Source of the DNA: Candidatus Glassbacteria bacterium
Lineage (GTDB): Bacteria; Gemmatimonadota; Glassbacteria; GWA2-58-10
Length of the DNA: 64,000 nt
Reading direction: 5' to 3'
Assembly (NCBI GenBank): GCA_963752515.1
Contig: CAVVYO010000007.1
Coordinates: 112,660-176,659 of the forward strand
Position numbers and translations under genes: made by a program. Shown one piece after another: positions 19,168 through 28,744 of the stretch (within the stretch, counting starts at the first letter, position 1; every line of letters starts with the position of its first letter). Below the pieces are notes generated by a model, which searched no databases, had not been told where the DNA came from, and was given only the letters and a program-made list of their open reading frames with translations.

Positions 19168-21768
19168 TCAATGCGCCGTCGTGTCCGCCGCCCCGGCCAT
19201 CCCGTTGGGGTCCGGCACGACAATCGTGGTCTGGTTGAGGCGCGGGGCGGTCGGCGGCCAGTAGAGGGTATCCCCGGCGGTGGTCACCGCCCGCAGGTAC
19301 CACTCCAGGTCCGCGCTCACGTTCTCCGGGGCCAGGGCGATCCCATACACCGCTCCGCTGACCGGCGCCAGCGGCTCGACCAGGTACTCGCCCTGGCCAA
19401 GGTTGCGGCGGTGGAGCTCCAGCGCGGCGGGCTCGGCCCCCAGCAGGGTCGCCTCCAGGTGCAGGCCCTCGCCCCGCAGCAGGCTGGGCCGCGCCACCGG
19501 GACCAGCAGCCGGGCCGGCCCGCGGTAGTCGCCCGCGAGCGGGGTGATCGCTGTCAGCGAGGAGTCGCCTAACAGGGCCGCCAGCTCGCGGGCGGGGTCG
19601 CTCAGCAGCAGCGGGATCACGTGCTGCTGCCAGTTGGTGACAGTGCCCAGCTCCCCGGTGGTGGTGACAGTCAGCAGCAGGTGGTCCAGCGCCTGGCGGA
19701 TCGCCCCGGCCAGATCCTCCCGCAACGGCAGCACCCGCTCCCGCAGCGCCAGGTTGCGGGCCGCGGTATCGGGCAGGGCCTTGGCGCTCTCCAGGGCGCG
19801 GCCGAAGAGGCCCCACAGGCAGCTCACCCGGCCCACCTCGCGCAGGTAGCGGAAGTTTTCCAGCCAGTAGTCGAAGCGTTCGAGAGAGCCGGGACCCACG
19901 ACCAGCGGCCGCAGGGCCTCCAGCTCCCCGACAAAGGCATAGTCGATCTGCCGCTCCTCCCAGGGCACGCTGTCGGGCCTGACCCCGCCGGGGCCGTCCA
20001 CCCAGTTGGAGGGCCGGGGCAGCTTGCCATCCAGCCGGGCGAACAGCTCCCCGGCGGGCTCGGCCAGGGAGGGTCCGAACTCGGCCGCGGCCCAGTCGCG
20101 GTAGAAATCCCCGGCCGGCAGGTGGCGCGGCAGAGAGGCTCGCCCGACGCTGTCGAGCGGAGTCGGCTCGGCCGGAGCCCAGTCCGACTGGTCCCAGGCG
20201 GCGTGGGCCAGGGCCAGCACGTTCGGGCCCAGGATGCGGGTACGCCAGTGAATGCCCAGCAGGCCCGTGCAGCCATAGCGCGGGCATCGAACGGCATCCC
20301 GGCGCATTCGTCCCGCCCAGAGCTGGGGGATGATCAGCGCCGGGTCATCCTCCAGCCAGGGGATCGCCCATTTCGGCCGACCCTGCACCGCGGCGAAAGC
20401 CGGCTCCACCGGCTCATGCCCCACCTCCCGGTTGATGCAGCTCACCGGCCAGCCCGGCGGCAGCACCCGGTCGAACAGGGCGCGGTCCGCGGGCGGGCCG
20501 AGCACCCAGCCGCAGGTGGCCAGCTGGAAAGGGGCCCCGGTGGCCTCGGCGGCGGCGCGGGCCAGCTCCAGGTCGCGCCAGGGTGGCCTCCACCTGCGGC
20601 CGGTGGGCCCATCCCAGGTCCAGCCCTCGGGGGTCCAGAACCAGTAGTAGTCCAGGGGGTGGGTCTGCATGATCCGGCGGAACGCCCCCTCGTAGACCCG
20701 CTGAGTGGTTTCCGGGCGGCCCGGGTCCAGCCCCAGCGATTCCAGGCGCGCGGCCAGCAGCGGCGGCAGGGTAAGCGGAGTCTCGGTGCCCAGGCCGGTC
20801 CGGATGCCGTGCAGCCCGGCGTAAGCGAAAGCCCCATTTAGCAGGTCGCCGAAACGCTCGAACATCTCGACCGCTTCCGCCGAATCCTCCGGCCAGGGCG
20901 CCATTCCGCGCATGTAGTCGGCGCCGTAGGCCTCGCGGCTGTAGAGGCCGGCCAGGCCGCAGCAGTAGTTGGAGGTGGAGTCCGGGCGGTAGCCCCAGGT
21001 CCCGCTGAGGGTGGTGAAGTGGCGCGCGGGGTAGGCGAATTTCACCTGCGGGCCCTGGCCCAGGTCCTGTTCCGGCCCGAGCCAGACCGCCGGCTCCGGG
21101 CCGGCGTGACCGTAAGGGTAGGTGTGCAGGCCGAAGAAGTTCATCCGCAGCTTGGGGAGCTGGGCCAGGATCGTCTTGTACTGCTCGAGGTTCCACCAGT
21201 CCGGCCCCTCGGGGAAATCATGGAACGGCTGGATCCCCCGCAGCTCGAACAGCGGGCGGCCCAGCTCGCTGACCTGGGGCAGCTCCGGCTCGATCAGCGA
21301 GTCCGGCAGCACATCTCCGTGCAGGTAGAAGCGCACCCCGAGGCGCTCGGCCAGGCGGTAGGCCCCGTAGAGCGCGCCCAGCTCATCCCCGCCGGCCACC
21401 AGCACCACCCGCCGTCCCTGCTGCTCCAGGGTCTGCAGCAGGTACTCGGCCGGTTGCAGGTTTGCCACCCGGTTCGCCAGGGCGCTGTCGGCCAGGAATG
21501 GCCGCAGGTGGGGCCGCTCCTTGCTCCCGAGCACGATCAGGTTGACAGTCGAGGAGGTGGCATCCGTCTCCCCGACCAACGCGGGCAGCTCGCCGGTGCG
21601 CAGGTAGAAATAACGGCGCAACTCGGCGGAGGCCAGTTGCTCGAGGTAGCCCGACTCGGACGAGCGGTAGATCCCCGCCGCCGGCGATGGTTCCTGGCGG
21701 CGGCGGCAGCCGGGAGACAGCAGCGACAGGCAGAGCAGGGCCGGCAGCAGGATGGCTTCCAGGCGCAT
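19168..21768 (-). CDS. Large secreted glycoside-hydrolase-like lipoprotein (alpha-glucuronidase-like N-terminal region; family uncertain)
   Basis: Lipoprotein signal MRLEAILLPALLCLSLLSPGC at internal ATG 21766-21768; motif GALYGAYRLAERLGVRFY and TIM-barrel-like region; intact 866-aa frame. Confidence 0.6.
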   Translation of the reverse strand: MRLEAILLPALLCLSLLSPGCRRRQEPSPAAGIYRSSESGYLEQLASAELRRYFYLRTGELPALVGETDATSSTVNLIVLGSKERPHLRPFLADSALANRVANLQPAEYLLQTLEQQGRRVVLVAGGDELGALYGAYRLAERLGVRFYLHGDVLPDSLIEPELPQVSELGRPLFELRGIQPFHDFPEGPDWWNLEQYKTILAQLPKLRMNFFGLHTYPYGHAGPEPAVWLGPEQDLGQGPQVKFAYPARHFTTLSGTWGYRPDSTSNYCCGLAGLYSREAYGADYMRGMAPWPEDSAEAVEMFERFGDLLNGAFAYAGLHGIRTGLGTETPLTLPPLLAARLESLGLDPGRPETTQRVYEGAFRRIMQTHPLDYYWFWTPEGWTWDGPTGRRWRPPWRDLELARAAAEATGAPFQLATCGWVLGPPADRALFDRVLPPGWPVSCINREVGHEPVEPAFAAVQGRPKWAIPWLEDDPALIIPQLWAGRMRRDAVRCPRYGCTGLLGIHWRTRILGPNVLALAHAAWDQSDWAPAEPTPLDSVGRASLPRHLPAGDFYRDWAAAEFGPSLAEPAGELFARLDGKLPRPSNWVDGPGGVRPDSVPWEERQIDYAFVGELEALRPLVVGPGSLERFDYWLENFRYLREVGRVSCLWGLFGRALESAKALPDTAARNLALRERVLPLREDLAGAIRQALDHLLLTVTTTGELGTVTNWQQHVIPLLLSDPARELAALLGDSSLTAITPLAGDYRGPARLLVPVARPSLLRGEGLHLEATLLGAEPAALELHRRNLGQGEYLVEPLAPVSGAVYGIALAPENVSADLEWYLRAVTTAGDTLYWPPTAPRLNQTTIVVPDPNGMAGAADTTAH

Positions 21769-21987
21769 GGGATGGCTCCCGGATAAGGAGATGGTGACTG
21801 GGGTGCGGGCGGCGCAAGGGCCGGCGCGGGGTCCATCAATAGTATTACGCCGTCCCCTGCCGGTCAAGCGGTTACAGCGGGAGTGGCCGGCCGCGGAAAC
21901 GACCGGCCCGCGGGGGAGCAGAAAAAACCGCCCCCGGAAGGCGGCAGCTCCCGGGGGCGGTCAAAAGGCCAATCATCGCGTTTCGGC

Positions 21988-22920
21988 TCAGAACCTCCGC
22001 AACAGGCCGGCAGCGGTGGTGTCATACGGGCCACCGGTGGTATCGCCCGGGACACTGGTGGTATCACCCGGGACACCGGTGGTATCGCCCGGCACGCCGG
22101 TGGTGTCACCCGGGACACCGGTGGTGTCACCCGGGACACCATCCAGCTCGATCTCGACCATCGTCTCCTCATCCTCGGTCACATCGGCCTCGACCTGGCC
22201 GACCACTGTCCCGGTGGTGTCGCGGACCAGGATCGTGAACGGGCCGGGCGGCAGGAAGCCGAGGGTGAACCCGCCATCCTCGCCGACAAAGGTCGAGGTG
22301 ACGGTGTCGGCGCCGCTGACAGCATAGACCACCGCCCCGCGCGGGGCATCCGGCAGCTCACCGCTGACCTTGCCGACGCTGTCGGCGGTGACCAGGCGCA
22401 AGGTGGGGTCGAAGTCGTAATTATCCGCCCCCTCCTGGGCCTGGACCGAGCGGGCGACATCGAAGTCCACCACCACCTCGGTGGTTTGGTCCTCCTCCAC
22501 CATGAAGCCATCCTGGTTCTCGACCATGGCGGCATTGCCGGGCACTGTCAGCTGATAGCTCTGGGTGTCGGCCGTCACCACGGTCGCCTGCCCGATGCTG
22601 ATCCGGACCGCATCGTAGAAACCGGTGTCGATCTCGGCCTCGGCCAGCAACTCGGACTCGCCGCCGGTGAGCTGCAGCAGGTCCAGGCTCACCGGCTGCT
22701 GGGAGAGGGTCACCCATTGGTCGTTGCGACGCGCCTCCACCCGGGTGATGGTCAGGTTGAACTGATCGAAAGCCGCCGGGGCATCGGCCAGGTAGATCGC
22801 CAGGGTGCCCTGCAGGCCGGTCCCCGGTCCGACCGGGGTCGTGTCATCATCATCGCAGGCCGCCGCCAGCGCGAGCAACGGCCAGGCCAATACTGTCAGA
22901 TACTTGAATGCGACTCGCAA
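21988..22920 (-). CDS. DUF4382-like lipoprotein with C-terminal tandem GVPGDTT heptad repeats
   Basis: AAGGAGG 6 nt upstream of TTG start at 22918-22920; lipobox LLALAAAC; body resembles DUF4382 (TLAIYLADAPAAFDQFNLTITRVEA). Confidence 0.6.
   Translation of the reverse strand: MRVAFKYLTVLAWPLLALAAACDDDDTTPVGPGTGLQGTLAIYLADAPAAFDQFNLTITRVEARRNDQWVTLSQQPVSLDLLQLTGGESELLAEAEIDTGFYDAVRISIGQATVVTADTQSYQLTVPGNAAMVENQDGFMVEEDQTTEVVVDFDVARSVQAQEGADNYDFDPTLRLVTADSVGKVSGELPDAPRGAVVYAVSGADTVTSTFVGEDGGFTLGFLPPGPFTILVRDTTGTVVGQVEADVTEDEETMVEIELDGVPGDTTGVPGDTTGVPGDTTGVPGDTTSVPGDTTGGPYDTTAAGLLRRF
22018..22143 (-). repeat. 21-nt tandem repeat (about 6 units, CCGGTGGTGTCACCCGGGACA-like) encoding GVPGDTT repeats
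   Basis: Direct inspection: near-identical 21-mers in tandem inside the DUF4382-like CDS. Confidence 0.7.
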
Positions 22921-23011
22921 CTTCCGCCTCCTTGATCCTGATTGTTCCGCACCTGGCCCCCGGCTTCCGTCCGGACCATGCCGGGGACTCTCCCCGCAAA
23001 CCCGCCCGAAC

Positions 23012-23051
23012 CTGTACCGATCTGGCACAACCCTGTGCCGGATCGGTACAG
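23012..23051. promoter_or_regulatory. 18-bp inverted repeat CTGTACCGATCTGGCACA-ACCC-TGTGCCGGATCGGTACAG upstream of DUF4382-like gene; contains TGGCAC-N5-TGTGC resembling a sigma-54 -24/-12 element
   Basis: Near-perfect palindrome (1 mismatch) about 95 nt upstream of TTG start; GG-to-GC spacing is 11 rather than the canonical 10. Confidence 0.35.
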
Positions 23052-23406
23052 GCGCGATGACCACCCTGTTCGGGCGGCCGGTGGGCGGGGCCGGAGGGAG
23101 GGGGCCTCCCTGCCCGCACTCCGACCGTGCGGCTCTCAGGTCTGCAAGGCGAATGCCACGCGGGGGGTGTTAGTGTGCTAACCTGCAAATTTACAAAGAA
23201 TTAGATGTTTCTGGCGGCGGGTGGTCCGGGGCGGGCGCGGCTTTGCGGGAAAAATGATAAAATGCTGAAAAAAAGGTATCAGCTTTTTAAAATATTGCTT
23301 ATCAAAGACCTGAAGCGATCGGGCGGCGGTAAAGCCGAGCTCAAGGAACCGGTTCCCGGGGCCGCGCGAAACATCTGATAGTCTTCACAGCGTTGTCAAA
23401 TCGGGA

Positions 23407-25644
23407 TCAAAGCTCGTGGGCCCCAATGTCGGGGGCCATGCCCCGGTAGTCATCGTTGAAGCCGCGCAGGAGTTGGCCCCGGTCACGGCAGGGGCTTTCC
23501 GGCCGTAAGCTGAAATCGCCCGTTGCCGCGCTGCCCGCCAGGGGGTAGCTTGTCAGCAGGTCCTCGGTGAAGCCTTTCCAGGGGATCGCCCCCAGGCCCG
23601 GGGTGCTGCGGAAAGCCGGGTCGGCGTACAGCCCGTGGGCTTCCTGCCCGGTGGCCCGCCGGAATTCCTCCAGTGTGAAGTAAGTCGCCCCGTTCCACTC
23701 GAACTTGCGCGGTTCCAGCCCCGGAGCGTGCCACCAGCAGTCGTGGTCCAGCCGGTTGTTGCCATCATAGCCGGTGCGCACCGCGCGGTCGGCGCCGATC
23801 AGCGCATTGTTGGCGAACCACTTGTTGCGGCAGATCGGTCCCCCGGAAGGTTCGCCGGTCAGCCCCACCGCCGCCATCCCATTGCCGGTGTTCAGCCCAT
23901 AGCCGGAGTTGTGGTAGACCAGGGTCCAGCCCTCGCTCCAACGGCTGCCGACATTGAATTTGAAGAACATGTTGAGGAAAGTGGCCTCGTTGCGGGTGAC
24001 ATAGACCGGCCCGCGCTCGACCGGGGCCAGCGAGATCGCCACCAGCGCGTTGCGGATGCGGTTGCCGTGGGCCCGCAGGTTGACCCCGCCGCCATCCAGC
24101 TCCAGGGCGTCATCGCCGATGTCGTGGATGAGGTTGAACATCACATCCGTGTCGCGGTGCAGGGCGAGCTGGTCGACCTGCTGCCAGCTGTCCACGACGA
24201 TCCCGTCGAACCAGCCGCTGAGCGTGTTGCGGCAGTAGGAGCCGCCCCGGCCGGTGGCATCGGCGGCGATCCCCTGGCGGGGGTACTCGCCGGCCTTGAT
24301 CGTGCTCCAGGGGATCTCCAGCAGGCCATCCTCGCTGATCTCGTTCTCCCAGACCGCATTGCCATGGGTGGCGGCGTGCTTGAGGAACACCCCCCAGGTG
24401 CAGTGGCGGATGGTGTTGCCGTAGACCACGCAGCCCTCGGCGCCTTCCGAGAGCCGCACCGCGGCCGATCCATAGTGCTGCAGCTCGAAACCGCGCACGA
24501 CCACATTGGCGCAGCCCGACAGGAAAAAGCCCCAGGCATGGCGCGCCAGGCGCCAGGCGGACAGGCCGGGCGCCGCTCCGCCGGCGGCGCGGACATACAG
24601 TCGGCCGCCGCCGCTGTCCCAGTACCAGCCGCGCGGGGCCGGGGGGTCATTGGCGGCCAGTGTCGCCAGGCTCTCGTAGCGGTGCACCCGCTTGCCATCC
24701 TGGGAGACGTAGCCATAGCCGGGGAGCTGGTAGCCGCCTCCCGGCGCGCGGTAGTAGATGCCGCTGCCATAGCTGTTCCAGCCGCTGTCCCCGATCGGGA
24801 ACTCCAGCGAGCTGTCCAGCAGCACCCGCTCGCCCGGGGCGGCGGCGAACACCACCGGAGCCTCGGGCTCGCCGCGCGGCTGCAGCAGCAGGTCGCCCTC
24901 GGCGTAAGTGCCGGCGTGGACCCAGACGATGTCCCCGGCCCGGGCCAGGCCCGCGGCGTGGCCGATGCTGCGCCAGGGGTGGAGGGCATCGCCGGGAGCG
25001 CTGTCGCTGCCGACAGGGGAGACATGGAAGCTGCGGCCGCCGGCGGGCTCGAGGACCATGGTCCGGGTGGCGGTGGTCCCTTGCGTTTCGACTGTCGCGC
25101 CGGAGGCCGGATCGTAATGCAGCGCCCGCACCTCCAGGCGCTCGCCCTGCTCCAGGGGGAAAATGCCGGCCCAGGCCAGCGCGCGGGCGCTGTCGACCAC
25201 CAGGTCCGGGCCGTTGCGCCAGACCGTCTCGCCCGCGCGGCGCCAGAGCAGGCGGAACGCGCCGCCGGCCGGGAGCGGGCCGGAAAAGCCCAGCTCGGCC
25301 CCGACCGCGCTCCAGGTGGGATACAGTTCCAGCGAGCCGAGGGCGACCGGGTTCCGGCCCAGCGGGGTGAGGTCACCGCGGGCCGCTCGCAGCAGCAGGA
25401 CCAGGGCATCGCTCACCGCGGCGCGGCCATCGCCATCCAGGTCCAGGCGGGGGTCGCCCGGGGCGGCGGCGCGCTCGCGCAGCAGGTAGAGGGCATCCCG
25501 CGGGTCGGCGCGGCCATCGCGGTTGAGGTCCTCGCGCCACTCTTGGGCGGAGAGCGGGGCGGCGAGGAGCAGAAGCAGGAGGATGGGATCAGCGAGCCTG
25601 GCAAGATTGCACGTCACAGATGCGTCCTTCTTGACAGGTAGCAA
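23407..25644 (-). CDS. Right-handed parallel beta-helix protein (pectate-lyase-like fold, probable polysaccharide lyase/hydrolase) with N-terminal dockerin-like Ca-binding repeat pair
   Basis: Signal peptide; DLNRDGRADPRDALYLL and DLDGDGRAAVSDALVLL dockerin-type repeats; later beta-helix repeats with NxxHDIGDDALELDGGG. Confidence 0.7.
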   Translation of the reverse strand: MLPVKKDASVTCNLARLADPILLLLLLAAPLSAQEWREDLNRDGRADPRDALYLLRERAAAPGDPRLDLDGDGRAAVSDALVLLLRAARGDLTPLGRNPVALGSLELYPTWSAVGAELGFSGPLPAGGAFRLLWRRAGETVWRNGPDLVVDSARALAWAGIFPLEQGERLEVRALHYDPASGATVETQGTTATRTMVLEPAGGRSFHVSPVGSDSAPGDALHPWRSIGHAAGLARAGDIVWVHAGTYAEGDLLLQPRGEPEAPVVFAAAPGERVLLDSSLEFPIGDSGWNSYGSGIYYRAPGGGYQLPGYGYVSQDGKRVHRYESLATLAANDPPAPRGWYWDSGGGRLYVRAAGGAAPGLSAWRLARHAWGFFLSGCANVVVRGFELQHYGSAAVRLSEGAEGCVVYGNTIRHCTWGVFLKHAATHGNAVWENEISEDGLLEIPWSTIKAGEYPRQGIAADATGRGGSYCRNTLSGWFDGIVVDSWQQVDQLALHRDTDVMFNLIHDIGDDALELDGGGVNLRAHGNRIRNALVAISLAPVERGPVYVTRNEATFLNMFFKFNVGSRWSEGWTLVYHNSGYGLNTGNGMAAVGLTGEPSGGPICRNKWFANNALIGADRAVRTGYDGNNRLDHDCWWHAPGLEPRKFEWNGATYFTLEEFRRATGQEAHGLYADPAFRSTPGLGAIPWKGFTEDLLTSYPLAGSAATGDFSLRPESPCRDRGQLLRGFNDDYRGMAPDIGAHEL

Positions 25645-25725
25645 GGGACAAGTAATTTTAAAGTTAATACCAAGCAGATCTGAATAACAAAGGACTCATC
25701 ACCGACTGAGCTTTGGCTCGCCGGT

Positions 25726-25757
25726 CCCCCTCGGGTCGCGACCCGGGGGTTTTTATT
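25726..25757 (+). terminator. Orphan terminator-like hairpin CCCCCTCGGGTCGCGACCCGGGGG plus TTTTTATTT on + strand, upstream of the beta-helix gene start
   Basis: GC stem followed by T-tract; no + strand CDS immediately upstream. Confidence 0.3.
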
Positions 25758-25883
25758 TGGTTCATCCTTTTGTTTTGGGAAAAGCAGTGAAGCTTTCGGG
25801 AAATCAGCATCGCTTATCTGACAGATGGGTGGCCGCCCGGATTGGCCTGACCCAATCCATTGGCGGAAGAAGGCACATCAGCT

Positions 25884-26036
25884 TGACACCCCCCGGCAGC
25901 TGAAGCTGCCACCCCCCTCCAGGGGGGAGCTTGCTTGCTTCGCCCGTGGAGTTGCTGCAACCGGTCGGGTGGCAGGCTGTCAAGTCCCCCCTGGAGGGGG
26001 GATGGTCCCGATTCTATCGGGACCAGGGGGGTGTGA
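25884..26036. repeat. Module B copy 3
   Basis: TGACACCCCCCGGCAGCTGAAGCTGCCACCCCCCTCCAGGGGGGAG ... CCCCCCTGGAGGGGGG..GGGACCAGGGGGGTGTGA. Confidence 0.65.
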
Positions 26037-26171
26037 TGGCTGTCATGGCGCCAACGGTCCGGAGGTGCCAACGGGTTCGCGGGACAGGAGTTGCCCCTTG
26101 GATTTCCCAAATGGACTAAAAGAAAGGGCCGCCCTTCCGGGACGGCCCTTTCCATTTCCCACCTGGATCGT

Positions 26172-27476
26172 TTACAGTTCCTTGATATAGATGTTGCCGA
26201 ACTCGATCGGGTCGCCGTGGTGCTGCAGGGCGATCGGCCCGGTGGCGGCCATCCCCGGCAACTGGGCGTTGTCGAGCACCTTCTGGCCGTTGAGCAGGAC
26301 GGTCACCCGGTCGCCGACCGCGGTGATCTCGAAACGGTTCCACTCGCCGATCGGCTTGTCGGCGTTGAGGATCGGGGTGACCCCGGCCCGCACCTCGGGC
26401 GGCATGGTCTCATCCATCCGGTAGCCGTAGACCTCGCCCGAGCCGACCGGCCAGTTCCAGATGTTGAATTGGTTCTTGGAGTCGCCGCGGATGTAGATCC
26501 CGCTGTCGCCGGCATCGTTGACCAGGGCCTTGATCTCGTTGCCCTGCTCGTCCTTGGCATGGGAGCCGTCCGGCAGCACCACCGGCACGCTGTCGACCTT
26601 GATCGCCTCGGGCGACAGCCGCCAGTCGACAATCATGGTGAAATCGCCGTAGTCTTTTTCGGACCAGAGGTTCTTGTCCTCGGCCGTGCTGCCGCCATCG
26701 TAGCTGATCTTCCAGTCATCGGCCTTCCAGTGGCCCTCATGGCCGGGGTCCTGCTTCCAGCCGCGCAGGTCGATGCCGTTGTAGAGGGCGACAAAGCCGC
26801 GGTCCTCGAGCGCGGTCACCGCCGCCGGCGGATTGGTGGCGGGCAGCTCGTTGATCCGGATGTTGCGGAAGTGGACCTCGCTGCCCTCGGACTCCAGGCA
26901 GATGTATCCCTTGCGCGGATTGGCGTTGAACACGCGGTTGACATGGGTCCCGTTGACCCACAGGTCGATCATCCCATTCCGGCACTCCACCCGGTACTGG
27001 TTCCACTGGCCGGTGGGCTTCATTGCATCGCTGGTGGGCAGGGAGCGCATCCAGCCCTGGGGGTGCGGCTGGAACGGCACCATCGTCGCGCCCTGGATGC
27101 CGAAGATGTCCCCGGCGTTGCCATCCATGATCTGGATCTCGACCGAGCGGGTGAACGGCTGGCCGGTCACCGGCAGGTCATCGGAGTGGACGAACAGTCC
27201 GGCGTTGCCCCCGGCCTGCATGTGGCGCCACTCCAGCTCCAGCACGTAGTTCTCGTACTGGCGGTCGGTGCGCAGCACGCCGATCGGCTTGCCGGTGCAG
27301 ACGATGATCTTGTCCTTGACCGTCCAGGTTTCCGGGGCGCAGTTGACATTGACCCAGCCGGTCAGGTCCTGGCCGTTGAACAGCGGCTTGAAGTCCCCGG
27401 CCGCGTTGGAGCGCGAGCAGGTGACCACCAGGTAGAGCGCCAGCACCGACAGGCAGAGCAGCAGGATTTTTTTCAT
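26172..27476 (-). CDS. Tandem DUF1080 (3-keto-disaccharide hydrolase-like, concanavalin-like fold) secreted protein
   Basis: AAGGAGAAGG RBS; signal MKKILLLCLSVLALYLVV; two repeats ending HFRNIRINEL and EFGNIYIKEL characteristic of DUF1080. Confidence 0.75.
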   Translation of the reverse strand: MKKILLLCLSVLALYLVVTCSRSNAAGDFKPLFNGQDLTGWVNVNCAPETWTVKDKIIVCTGKPIGVLRTDRQYENYVLELEWRHMQAGGNAGLFVHSDDLPVTGQPFTRSVEIQIMDGNAGDIFGIQGATMVPFQPHPQGWMRSLPTSDAMKPTGQWNQYRVECRNGMIDLWVNGTHVNRVFNANPRKGYICLESEGSEVHFRNIRINELPATNPPAAVTALEDRGFVALYNGIDLRGWKQDPGHEGHWKADDWKISYDGGSTAEDKNLWSEKDYGDFTMIVDWRLSPEAIKVDSVPVVLPDGSHAKDEQGNEIKALVNDAGDSGIYIRGDSKNQFNIWNWPVGSGEVYGYRMDETMPPEVRAGVTPILNADKPIGEWNRFEITAVGDRVTVLLNGQKVLDNAQLPGMAATGPIALQHHGDPIEFGNIYIKEL

Positions 27477-27751
27477 CGAGCCTTCTCCTTGGGGAAGAAT
27501 GGGGGAGAGCGGCGCCGGAAAGCCCCCGGGCGCTGCGGGACATGAAGGCGGAAGACAGCATCTTTTTTCAATATAATCAGCCGGCACGGGCGGCGACAGC
27601 CTTTTGGGCCGAGCGCACCCCTAACGGCTTGTGGAACGGGCCGCCGGGGAGTTATCTTCAAGGAGCCGCCGCGCGATGGGCCTTTTCCCTTGCGGCGGCG
27701 CGGGACCCTACCGTACGGGAGGACCGGATGGCCGAGCAAAGGAGGAACCGC

Positions 27752-28696
27752 ATGTCGCGAAGGGATTTCACCCGTCTGGCCGTCGCGGGAGCGGCGGCGC
27801 TGGCCGCCACCGGCGCGCTGGAGGAGAGCCTGGCCCTGGAAAGCCCCTCGCGGCGGCGATTGCGCCTGGGGGGGCCGGTCTTCGGCCGGCCCGACAGCCC
27901 GGAAAGCTGGGTGGCGGCCCTGCAAGAGGCGGGTTACCGCGCCGCCTATTGCCCGCTGGAGGCGACAGCCGATGACACGACCGTGCGGGCCTGGCGCGCG
28001 GCCGCCGACCGGGCCGACCTCGTGATCGCCGAGGTCGGGGCCTGGAGCAATCCGATCAGCCCGGACGAGGCCGAACGCCAGAAAGCCCTGCAGCTCTGCC
28101 GGGACCAGCTCGCCCTGGCCGAGCGCATCGGCGCCCGCTGCTGCGTCAACATCAGCGGCACCCGCCTGAGCGGCTTCAGCGGCCCCCACCCGGACAACCT
28201 CACCCGCGAGACGTTCGAGATGATTGTCGAAACCACCCGCGCGATCATCGATGCGGTCCGGCCCACCCGCACGTTCTATGCCCTGGAGACCATGCCCTAC
28301 GCTTACCCGGACTCGGCCGACTGCTACCTGGAGCTGATCCGGGCGATCGACCGTCCGGCGATGGCCGCCCACCTCGACCCGGTGAACCTGGTGTCGAGTC
28401 CCCAGCGCTATTTCCGCAACGGCGAGCTGATCCGGGAGTGCTTCGCCAAGCTGGGGCCGTACCTCAAAAGCTGCCACGCCAAGGATACCCTGCTGCGGCG
28501 GGAGCTGACCACCCATCTCGATGAGGTCCAGCCGGGGCTGGGCACCCTCGATTACGCGGTCTACCTGACCGAGCTGGCGAACCTTCCCGATCCGCCGCCG
28601 CTGATGCTGGAGCACCTCAAGACCGCGGAGGAGTACCGGGCCGGGGCGGAGCATATCCGCGGGGTGGCGCGGAAGGTGGGATTATCGTTCGAGTGA
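27752..28696 (+). CDS. Sugar phosphate isomerase/epimerase (xylose-isomerase-like TIM barrel) with Tat signal
   Basis: AAGGAGG 6 nt upstream of ATG 27752; MSRRDFTRLAVAGAAALAATGA Tat motif; TIM-barrel AP-endonuclease-2-like pattern. Confidence 0.75.
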   Translation: MSRRDFTRLAVAGAAALAATGALEESLALESPSRRRLRLGGPVFGRPDSPESWVAALQEAGYRAAYCPLEATADDTTVRAWRAAADRADLVIAEVGAWSNPISPDEAERQKALQLCRDQLALAERIGARCCVNISGTRLSGFSGPHPDNLTRETFEMIVETTRAIIDAVRPTRTFYALETMPYAYPDSADCYLELIRAIDRPAMAAHLDPVNLVSSPQRYFRNGELIRECFAKLGPYLKSCHAKDTLLRRELTTHLDEVQPGLGTLDYAVYLTELANLPDPPPLMLEHLKTAEEYRAGAEHIRGVARKVGLSFE

Positions 28697-28744
28697 GGCC
28701 GGCGGGCGGCCCGGGGTCGGGAGAGTCCCGGTTTCTTTGATATT

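Noticed and set aside
19621-20841. 406-aa ORF on + strand (and the 157-aa alternative-frame ORF at 19824-20297)
   Set aside because: These lie antisense to, or in an alternative frame within, the intact 866-aa GH-like lipoprotein gene.
23012-23051. Bona fide sigma-54 promoter
   Set aside because: The TGGCAC element is present, but the GG to GC spacing is 11 nt and the downstream element is TGTGC rather than TTGC. It is kept only as a palindromic operator candidate.
23635-25641. 668-aa ORF on + strand
   Set aside because: Antisense to the beta-helix / dockerin gene.
26091-27545. 484-aa ORF on + strand
   Set aside because: Antisense to the tandem DUF1080 gene.
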